Both the position numbers and the translations under genes were made by a program. Below, in pieces: positions 26,402 to 32,903 of a stretch of 32,903 bases of DNA; positions within the stretch are counted from its first letter, which is position 1; each line of letters begins with the position of its first letter. Source of the DNA: Bacteroidota bacterium (GTDB taxonomy: Bacteria; Bacteroidota; Bacteroidia; Bacteroidales; VadinHA17); assembly GCA_030642585.1 (NCBI GenBank), contig DAOWNN010000001.1, positions 1-32,903 on the forward strand. Reading direction: 5' to 3'. Under the pieces are notes generated by a model. It did no database searches, had not been told where the DNA came from, and was given only the letters and a program-made list of their open reading frames with translations.

Positions 26402-28303
26402 TCAGTAAGCTCGCTCATTTCTCCCTTCGATAAAATTAATGAAAGAGGTATTTACTACCTTATTTCCTCCAGGAGTAGGATAATCACCGGTAAAATACCA
26501 GTCACCACGACTTTCAGGGCATGCTACATGCAAATTTTCAACTGTTTGATAAACAACCTCAATTTCCGCGTTTATATCACTGGTATGAAGCATGCTGGCA
26601 ATTTCAGCAGAGATTTCTTCATTACGAAAAGGAGCATAGATATCTTTCACATAGTTTACTATTTCTTCCTTAGGAAATTGTTCTTGTGCTTTTGATTTTT
26701 GATAAACTTTATTGATCAGTGCTTCACGTCCTGTTTTTCTCAAAAGTCTAATGACTGCTTTAAAGGCTATAAAATCAGATAGTTTAGCCATGTCAATGCC
26801 ATAACAATCAGGATATCTTATTTGTGGTGAGGAAGAAACAATAACAATTTTTTTAGGCTCAAGTCTATCCAAAATTTTTATTATACTTTTCTTCAGTGTT
26901 GTACCCCGAACAATAGAGTCGTCAATGATTACCAGATTGTCTTCCCCTTTTATTACAGTATCATATGTAATATCATACACATGTTCTACCAAATCATCCC
27001 TGCCTTGATCTTCAGCAATAAATGTTCTGAGCTTTACATCTTTTACTGCAATTTTCTCCACTCTGGGTCGTAAGCCAACAACTCTTTCCAGATCATCCCA
27101 GTTCCCACTTGATCTCATCTCCATGATCTTATCAAGTTTTACTCCTTTCAGGTAATCCTCCATTCCTCTAATCATCCCATAGAATGCGGTTTCGGCTGTA
27201 TTGGGAATAAAAGAGAAAACCGTATTTCTCAAGTCCTTATCCACCACATGAAGTATCTGTGGAGTTAGCAATCTACCCAACTCTTTCCTTTCAACATAAA
27301 TATCTTTATCACTACCTCGTGAAAAATAAATACGCTCAAAGGAACATGCTCTTTTTTCCTGAGGCGAGCGAACTTCCTTAATGTTAATATCTCCCGATGC
27401 TTTTATCACAATAGCTTTCCCATGAGGTAACTCCTTAACCTGATCATAAGAAGTATTCATGACTGTTTGAATTACCGGTCGCTCTGAAGCCACCACCACA
27501 ATTTCATCATCATAATAGTAAAATGCAGGTCTTATTCCCCATGGATCACGAACTACAAAAGCATCACCATGACCAAGCAGGCCCCCAATAGCATAGCCTC
27601 CGTCCCATTTATAACTCGCCCGGCTCAAAACTTTAGCAACTTCCAGGCTTTTCTCAATCAAAGGAGAAATTTCCTTATTACTAAATCCCTTTTTCTTAAA
27701 GTCCTCAAATAGTATTTGATTTTCCTCATCCAGGAAATGTCCAATATTCTCAAGAACCGTTACAGTATCGGAAAAATCTTTTGGGTTTTGACCTATTTCT
27801 ATCAATGCCTGAAAAATTTCATCCACATTAGTGAGATTAAAATTTCCAGCCAGAACGAGGCTTCTTGATCTCCAATTATTTTCACGTATTACCGGGTGTA
27901 CATATTCTATGTTATTCCTGCCAAAAGTACCATACCTCAAATGTCCAAGATAAATCTCTCCTGCGAAAGGCAGATTTTCCCTTGCCCAGTGCGGGTCATT
28001 CATTAAATCTGCATTTTCGTTTGATAAGGAATGAAATTCCTTATTGATTTTTCCAAAAATTTCCTGAATTGGGTTAGATAAGTTTGACCTGTGTCTGTGA
28101 ATATATCTCACCCCCGGGCCTAAGTCAATCTTCAAGCTGGCTGCACCTGCCCCATCCTGACCCCGGTTATGTTGCTTTTCCATTAGAAGGTAAAGCTTTT
28201 GCAATCCATATCTCCAGGATCCGTATTTTACCTGATAGTATTCAAGTGGTTTTAATAGTCTTACCAGGGCTATTCCACATTCATGTTTTATGGCATCACT
28301 CAC
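26402..28303 (-). CDS. purF: amidophosphoribosyltransferase PurF (long, roughly 630-aa form)
   Basis: The N-terminus MSDAIKHECGIALV carries the Ntn-type Cys of a class II glutamine amidotransferase. The PRPP-binding loop LVIIDDSIVRGTT is present. Confidence 0.85.
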   Translation of the reverse strand: MSDAIKHECGIALVRLLKPLEYYQVKYGSWRYGLQKLYLLMEKQHNRGQDGAGAASLKIDLGPGVRYIHRHRSNLSNPIQEIFGKINKEFHSLSNENADLMNDPHWARENLPFAGEIYLGHLRYGTFGRNNIEYVHPVIRENNWRSRSLVLAGNFNLTNVDEIFQALIEIGQNPKDFSDTVTVLENIGHFLDEENQILFEDFKKKGFSNKEISPLIEKSLEVAKVLSRASYKWDGGYAIGGLLGHGDAFVVRDPWGIRPAFYYYDDEIVVVASERPVIQTVMNTSYDQVKELPHGKAIVIKASGDINIKEVRSPQEKRACSFERIYFSRGSDKDIYVERKELGRLLTPQILHVVDKDLRNTVFSFIPNTAETAFYGMIRGMEDYLKGVKLDKIMEMRSSGNWDDLERVVGLRPRVEKIAVKDVKLRTFIAEDQGRDDLVEHVYDITYDTVIKGEDNLVIIDDSIVRGTTLKKSIIKILDRLEPKKIVIVSSSPQIRYPDCYGIDMAKLSDFIAFKAVIRLLRKTGREALINKVYQKSKAQEQFPKEEIVNYVKDIYAPFRNEEISAEIASMLHTSDINAEIEVVYQTVENLHVACPESRGDWYFTGDYPTPGGNKVVNTSFINFIEGRNERAY

Positions 28304-28342
28304 AATATGATCTTATAGAATTAAACAGCCACACAAAAGTAA

Positions 28343-28807
28343 TCAATCAATTGCAGGAAGATATATGGTTTCAATAGGTGTAATGTAAGCATCCGGGAAT
28401 TGTCTCCTTAGCTTTTTGTACAAAATCTGAGCCTCTCTCTTAGTTCTGAAATCACCAACCCTGACTTTAAAAAACGGAGCCTGGTAATCGACATAAGCAG
28501 AAATTCCCTGAAAGTTGGAAAGAAATTTCGCCTTAGCCTCATATGCATTCTCTCTGGCCATTCGTCCCGATTCAAAAAAAAGTTGAATCCTGTATCCATC
28601 CATTCCGTTTCTTCTGACATTTACATTCTTATATCTTTCCAATAAATCATTCAACCTTTCTTCCTGGTACAATTGAAACCTGCCTTCCTTTGGCACATAT
28701 TCTCTTCCAGCAGAAAGTGTATCATTTGCAGAATAATTTCTTTCCTGGCTAAAAGCCTGAAAAGACAATCCCAGCAATAGAAACATAAAAAGAATATACC
28801 TGATCAT
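28343..28807 (-). CDS. SPOR domain-containing (septal peptidoglycan-binding) protein
   Basis: Signal peptide MIRYILFMFLLLGLSFQAFS. The C-terminal sequence GYRIQLFFESGRMARENAYEAKAKF...FFKVRVGDFRTKREAQILYKKL fits the SPOR beta-alpha-beta-beta repeat pattern. Confidence 0.7.
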   Translation of the reverse strand: MIRYILFMFLLLGLSFQAFSQERNYSANDTLSAGREYVPKEGRFQLYQEERLNDLLERYKNVNVRRNGMDGYRIQLFFESGRMARENAYEAKAKFLSNFQGISAYVDYQAPFFKVRVGDFRTKREAQILYKKLRRQFPDAYITPIETIYLPAID

Positions 28808-28810
28808 TAA

Positions 28811-29650
28811 TTATTTTATGTAGGATGGGTGAATGCTTAAAACGGGAACCGGAGAATGATTCACCATTTGTTGAGCTGTAGAACTAATATGCATATTTAA
28901 GGGGGTTCCTCTCTGGTTACTCAATATTGCAATGAGCTCTGCCCCGACATGTACCCCATAAGAAGTTGTAAGGTCGGATATATCGCTGCCATATAATTCA
29001 TCTGTTACTATTTTAATACCTCTTTTCTTAAGATAGTCTCCAATCTGATCAACATAATTATTCAGACGCTTCTTAATATCTGCTCTTTGCGTGGTTCTCA
29101 CGCTCACAACATGTACATCGGCTTCAAGTGCTGCGGCTAAATCGGCTGTAAATGGCACTTTTTTGCGTGTCTCCCTGCTGGCATCAATAGGTAACACAAT
29201 TTTACTGATGCTCATTTTCCTGAAACCATGCCTCACTGTTATCACAGGACATGGGGCCTTACAAACAACCCTGTATGAGTTACTTCCAAGCCAAAACTCT
29301 TCAAAACCAGAAACTCCATGCGTCCCCATTATGATTAAAAAGGCTTTATCTTTAATTGCCTGATCTGAAATAACTTTATAAATTTTCCCTACTTTAATCA
29401 GATAATCGAACGTGCCTCCTCCATTATATCTGGACTTATTTTTCTCAATTAGACTTTTACAAAAGTCATCCACAGTGCTACCATACTCCTTTTCTTTTCC
29501 CTTGATAATAAAAGGTTCGTCATAATTTTTATCTTTCCTCACATGGAGAACCCTAACATTTGATTTTACTTTATTAGCCATTGCAATTGCATGCTCCAGG
29601 GCATTAATTGAGTCTTTTGAAAAATCGATGGGAACTAAAATACTTTTCAT
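28811..29650 (-). CDS. tandem-domain universal stress protein (UspA family)
   Basis: Two Usp halves are visible (MKSILVPIDFS...GTHGVSG and ISKIVLPIDAS...PVPVLSI). I prefer the ATG at 29650 (MKSILVPIDFS) to the TTG at 29677 used in the ORF track. Confidence 0.8.
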   Translation of the reverse strand: MKSILVPIDFSKDSINALEHAIAMANKVKSNVRVLHVRKDKNYDEPFIIKGKEKEYGSTVDDFCKSLIEKNKSRYNGGGTFDYLIKVGKIYKVISDQAIKDKAFLIIMGTHGVSGFEEFWLGSNSYRVVCKAPCPVITVRHGFRKMSISKIVLPIDASRETRKKVPFTADLAAALEADVHVVSVRTTQRADIKKRLNNYVDQIGDYLKKRGIKIVTDELYGSDISDLTTSYGVHVGAELIAILSNQRGTPLNMHISSTAQQMVNHSPVPVLSIHPSYIK

Positions 29651-29786
29651 TGGTATTAATTTTAAATTTTCAGACAATGGGTCATTTATTTGTAATCCAC
29701 TAAAGCTCTTGATTCTAATAGGATAATAAACCTAAGCTTTAAAAATACAAAAAAAAATACAGAATGTTTAAAAATGATTTAGTAAA

Positions 29787-30251
29787 TCATCTCAAATCAA
29801 CTATCCCTTCCTCCTCAATTTGAATATTTCTATTAATAAAAAGAAATTTTACTTTTAAATTTCCGGCAAGTTTGTATTCTGCCTTACTTTTTTCTACCAG
29901 GGAAATAAGAACCATTGTGGTTTTCATAAATCCTTTCAGCTCAACTTCAACAGGGAACATATAGATTTCATTCGACATCTTATTAATAACTACTTTTTTA
30001 TTATTTGATATGTTCCCCAGTTCGATACCATTCAAGCTCAAATCCAGGTCTATCTTTGTAAGTTTAAGATTCAGTTTCCCGGGGTTTTCGATTGGAATAT
30101 ACAGTTCAAGGTCAAGTTGTCCTTTCCTTATTTGGTTTATTTTTATCTCCTGCACATCTCCCACCTGAACTTCCTGCATCATTGAACAACTGCCAATTAT
30201 CAGAATCAACAAGCCTCCTATAGCAGCAAGCTTATACTTTAGTAAGGTCAT
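29787..30251 (-). CDS. LEA_2 (LEA14/WHy-like) family lipoprotein
   Basis: Lipobox LIIGSC. The pattern LDLELYIPIENPGKLNLKLTKIDLDLSLNGIELG resembles bacterial LEA type-2 lipoproteins of about 150 aa. Confidence 0.6.
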   Translation of the reverse strand: MTLLKYKLAAIGGLLILIIGSCSMMQEVQVGDVQEIKINQIRKGQLDLELYIPIENPGKLNLKLTKIDLDLSLNGIELGNISNNKKVVINKMSNEIYMFPVEVELKGFMKTTMVLISLVEKSKAEYKLAGNLKVKFLFINRNIQIEEEGIVDLR

Positions 30252-30344
30252 ATATTAAATGTGTTAATAAATCGTTAAAAAGAGTCAGGTTGAAATAAGG
30301 TTTAGACATAAAATAAATGCAGTCTGGGTCAGCTCAAGCCTATT

Positions 30345-30480
30345 GTTTCCTGTCGTCATGCTGAACTACCTCACAGCCTGTCCCGAACATCGGGAACCAC
30401 AGGGAGTAATCCTGCCGGCAGGCGGGCAAGCCTGTCCCGAGTTTATCGAGGGGTTCGGAATGACGAACCCTAACAGGGGA
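30345..30480. repeat. GC-rich multi-hairpin intergenic element (REP/MITE-like repeat or structured RNA)
   Basis: My hand count over about 127 nt gives roughly 59% G+C, against AT-rich flanks. Hairpins: TCCCGA-ACA-TCGGGA (30381-30395), the palindrome CCTGCCGGCAGG (30411-30422) and GGGTTCG-GAATGA-CGAACCC (30451-30470). A 12-nt direct repeat AGCCTGTCCCGA occurs at 30375-30386 and 30429-30440. Each copy can be closed by a downstream ACAGG. Confidence 0.5.
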
Positions 30481-30493
30481 ACTTGACTTGACA

Positions 30494-31240
30494 TTAGTTG
30501 TTTTCCAGAAAATTGATAAGCTCATCGGTCATTTTCAGGTTATGAAAAACATTTTGCACATCATCATCATCTTCAAAATCTTCTGCCATTTTCAAAAATC
30601 TTAAAGCCGCTTCCGGTTCCAATTCTTTGGTATCATTAGGTATTCTCTGTAGTTCTGCATTTTCAGCTTCCAGTTTTAATTCGTCCAGCTTTTTCTGAAT
30701 ATTTCCAAAATCTTCCAGTGCAGTTGTAATAATATATACATCACCTTCATCCTCAATATCCTCCGCTCCGGCATCAATCAGTTCAAGCTCAAACTCGTCA
30801 GCATCAATTTCTCCCTTAGGTACAGTAAAAACACCCTTTCTGTCAAACAAAAAGCTAAGTGAGCCATTGGTCCCCAATGTTCCATTCCTTTTTGTAAATA
30901 TAGACCGGATTACACTTACCGTGCGATTATTATTATCTGTCAGGCATTCTACAAAAACAGCGATTCCTCCAGGGCCATACCCTTCAAAAGTAACTTCCTG
31001 AAAATTAGCTCCATCACTAGAGGCCTTATTTATAGCCCTGACAATATTGTCTTTAGGCATATTCACTCCCTTGGAATTTTGAATTGCCAGGCGAAGTCGT
31101 GGATTGACATCCTCATCGGGGCCTCCCTCCTTAACTGCAACTTGAATTTCTTTTACAATCTTGGAAAATAGCTTTGATCGCTTTGCATCGGCAGCACCCT
31201 TTTTCCGCTTTATTGTTGACCATTTACTATGTCCGGACAT
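30494..31240 (-). CDS. yebC: YebC/PmpR family DNA-binding transcriptional regulator
   Basis: The N-terminus MSGHSKWSTIKRKKGAADAKRSKLF is diagnostic for the family. The protein is 248 aa. Confidence 0.9.
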   Translation of the reverse strand: MSGHSKWSTIKRKKGAADAKRSKLFSKIVKEIQVAVKEGGPDEDVNPRLRLAIQNSKGVNMPKDNIVRAINKASSDGANFQEVTFEGYGPGGIAVFVECLTDNNNRTVSVIRSIFTKRNGTLGTNGSLSFLFDRKGVFTVPKGEIDADEFELELIDAGAEDIEDEGDVYIITTALEDFGNIQKKLDELKLEAENAELQRIPNDTKELEPEAALRFLKMAEDFEDDDDVQNVFHNLKMTDELINFLENN

Positions 31241-31280
31241 AATTGATTATTTTTCGAAAATACTTACTTAAACCAGAAAT

Positions 31281-31288
31281 CAAAAATA
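31281..31288 (-). promoter_or_regulatory. Bacteroidota-type -7 promoter element (TAnnTTTG) for yebC
   Basis: The minus strand reads TATTTTTG, an exact consensus match. It lies about 40 nt upstream of the yebC ATG at 31240. Confidence 0.4.
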
Positions 31289-31289
31289 A

Positions 31290-31727
31290 GAAATACTTTC
31301 AACAAATTTACCTTGGGAAGAAATTATCAAACTGATTACCATAAGACAGGAAAATCAGCTATTATATGAGCGTTGGGTTAAAAACAGACGGGCAGAAACA
31401 GAAAAACTGTCCATTATCCTGGTAAGTGAAAGTAATTATTCTGACGCACATGCATTTCCTTATGTTTATAGAGCCTTGAATATTGGTAAAATTGTGGGTA
31501 TGCCAGTTCCCGGTACCATGACTGCCGTATGGTGGGAAACTCTTCAGGATAAAAGTTTGTATTTTGGGATTCCCCAGGTTGGAATCAAAGACATAAATGG
31601 TAAATACCTGGAAAATCAACAACTTGAGCCTGACTACAAAGTTCCAACAGATTATGAAATTGTGATCACCGGTCGTGACCAACAACTTGAGAAGGCGGTG
31701 GAAGTATTGCTTAAGGAGCTTGAGTAA
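31290..31727 (+). pseudogene. 3' remnant of an S41-family (tricorn-like/tail-specific) peptidase gene
   Basis: The open frame runs from the stop at 31287 and encodes ...LSIILVSESNYSDAHAFPYVYRALNIGKIVGMPVPGTMTAVWWETLQDKSLYFGIPQVGIKDINGKYLENQQLEPDYKV...GRDQQLEKAVEVLL. To my eye this resembles the last roughly 145 aa of the roughly 1000-aa Bacteroidota tricorn-like S41 peptidases. There is no ATG, GTG or TTG before the TTG at 31476. The space upstream is occupied by the yebC promoter. Confidence 0.5.
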
Positions 31728-31756
31728 GGAAAACCGTGATTTCCTACTAACATTCA

Positions 31757-31799
31757 GATAATCAATAAGCCACCCTAAAGGTCTGGGTTATTGATTATC
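31757..31799. repeat. perfect 12-bp inverted repeat (possible bidirectional terminator hairpin between convergent genes)
   Basis: GATAATCAATAA (31757-31768) and TTATTGATTATC (31788-31799) flank a 19-nt loop. The repeat starts 30 nt after the peptidase-remnant stop and ends 77 nt short of the convergent OMP stop codon. The stem is AT-rich and has no clear U-tract. Confidence 0.35.
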
Positions 31800-31876
31800 A
31801 TGTGTTTAAGCAAAGCATAGTATCGAACTCACCTCAACTTATTATGGATATCCTGTGTTACAAAACCGGATAATGC

Positions 31877-32773
31877 CTAGAAATAGAAATTATAACTGAA
31901 CCAAATTGGTAAACCTATCGGGAATACAGTTGCGATATCCTTTGAATTGACAAGGGCAATATCGAATGAAGAACGCTCCCCAATGATCTTTATCCCATAT
32001 GAAAAGACCCAATAATAAGGATCTGATGGAATCATCCAGTTCTCAGTAACCAAACCAATCCTTCTACCAACTCTGGCAAAGCCACTAAAAGATATAAATG
32101 GATTATTGGTAAGCTCACCTCCAGCCTGCCCCCATCCCAGGCTAAAAGTACCATGATAATCATCTGTACCATAGGTAACGACACCATATCCGAGTCCAAT
32201 ACCCTCAAAACCGTCACCATCTTCAATTACAACTGCTGCATTGGCATATATATATCCAGCTCCAGCTGAAAACTTATCTGTAATCTCAAAACCAAATTTT
32301 GGCATGATAAAAAATATTGGTTCCCCGGCAAAAGTTGAAATTCCCTCAAAACCTCCACCAATTGAAAACCAGTCTGTAATACCATAGTGAGCAATGTTGG
32401 TAGTAATAAGAACATTTTGATAATACCCATCACCTTTTTTAAGGTTCCGGCCTGTTTGGCCAAACAGGTATCGCGTTGAATTAGGATTTTTGAACCAATA
32501 TTTACCATCTTTCATTTGAGAGGTTTTAATTTCGTTTATCTCTTTAATATCAGATTTTTTCAGGGTCACCTCACCAAAAGTTTTTGATTTAATTGTAATG
32601 CTCTCGGAATTCTCTGAAACAACCAGCCCTATCATGCTTGTTCCATCGTTTAGTTTAATCTCAACCATCTTCCCGGGTTCCTGCTTAACCTCTTGTTGTG
32701 AAAATGCCACACATCCTGCCAACAGTATCAACATGACTGTCAGCACCGATTTGTAAAAAGACAAGTTCTTCAT
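31877..32773 (-). CDS. putative outer-membrane beta-barrel protein with a small N-terminal beta-rich module
   Basis: I prefer the ATG at 32773 (MKNLSFYKSVLTVMLILLAGCVAFSQ; signal peptide, possibly a lipobox). The sequence then has a KLNDGTSMIGLVVSENSESITIKSKTFGEVTLKKSDIKEI module, followed by a Gly/aromatic-rich strand-like region that ends in the C-terminal WFSYNFYF, an aromatic terminus typical of outer-membrane proteins. Confidence 0.6.
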   Translation of the reverse strand: MKNLSFYKSVLTVMLILLAGCVAFSQQEVKQEPGKMVEIKLNDGTSMIGLVVSENSESITIKSKTFGEVTLKKSDIKEINEIKTSQMKDGKYWFKNPNSTRYLFGQTGRNLKKGDGYYQNVLITTNIAHYGITDWFSIGGGFEGISTFAGEPIFFIMPKFGFEITDKFSAGAGYIYANAAVVIEDGDGFEGIGLGYGVVTYGTDDYHGTFSLGWGQAGGELTNNPFISFSGFARVGRRIGLVTENWMIPSDPYYWVFSYGIKIIGERSSFDIALVNSKDIATVFPIGLPIWFSYNFYF

Positions 32774-32903
32774 GATTAAAAGTATAAGTTGCAAGTTTTC
32801 TTCCGGTTAATTCTCCAGGTATTTATGTTTCAAGACAAAATTCATAAATATCTTCAAAGCTTACATATCACTTCAAAATTCATGCCTGTTATTCAATTCA
32901 CAC

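Noticed and set aside
28304-28342. Possible purine riboswitch or leader upstream of purF
   Set aside because: Only 39 nt separate purF from the upstream SPOR gene. That is too short for an aptamer, and no conserved junction motifs are visible.
30340-30525. 61-aa - strand ORF spanning the GC-rich element
   Set aside because: It starts inside the 3' end of yebC in another frame. Otherwise it is made of the hairpin/repeat element, and its Arg/Gly/Pro-rich translation is what GC-rich repeats produce. I treat it as a spurious ORF.
31362-31685. 107-aa - strand ORF antisense to the peptidase remnant
   Set aside because: It shows no recognisable family features. The opposite strand carries clear S41-like coding similarity, so this is most likely a shadow ORF.
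1-32903. Search by eye for CRISPR arrays, IS or transposase and integrase genes, tRNA/rRNA genes, toxin-antitoxin pairs or defence-system hallmarks
   Set aside because: I recognised none. Every long ORF is accounted for by housekeeping, envelope or stress functions. No regularly spaced repeats were seen other than the short ones reported above.

Overview
This is an AT-rich chromosomal window with Bacteroidota-type organisation. Left arm, + strand, 1-9055: coaX (5' end cut by the window edge), a predicted outer-membrane protein, a TPR protein, lptC, a small membrane protein, an alanine/glycine:cation symporter, a DUF21-CBS-CorC (GldE-like) membrane protein and a PpiD-like parvulin chaperone. 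Centre, - strand, 9052-24336: a complete, tightly packed dcw cell-division and cell-wall cluster in the order mraZ-rsmH-ftsL-ftsI-murE-mraY-murD-ftsW-murG-murC-ftsQ-ftsA-ftsZ, with no murF or ddl. Four 10-bp-phased TGGG boxes lie just upstream of mraZ and look like a MraZ operator. Diverging from mraZ is a two-gene N-acyl amino-acid (glycine lipid/flavolipin-type) lipid module, an O-acyltransferase plus an OlsB-like N-acyltransferase. Right arm: long-form purF, a SPOR-domain protein, a tandem universal stress protein, a LEA_2-like lipoprotein, yebC, a 3' remnant of an S41 (tricorn-like) peptidase, and a small outer-membrane beta-barrel protein. I saw no tRNA or rRNA genes, CRISPR arrays, transposases, integrases or recognisable defence or toxin systems. 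I cannot support a claim that the window holds a new multi-gene system. The observations most worth a second look are (1) a roughly 130-nt GC-rich, multi-hairpin, two-module element at about 30345-30480 in an otherwise AT-rich intergenic region; (2) an lptC lipoprotein signal peptide encoded upstream of the first ATG with no canonical start codon, in the same frame as the preceding TPR gene and separated from it only by TAATAA; (3) the phased MraZ boxes; and (4) the orphan peptidase remnant next to the yebC promoter.
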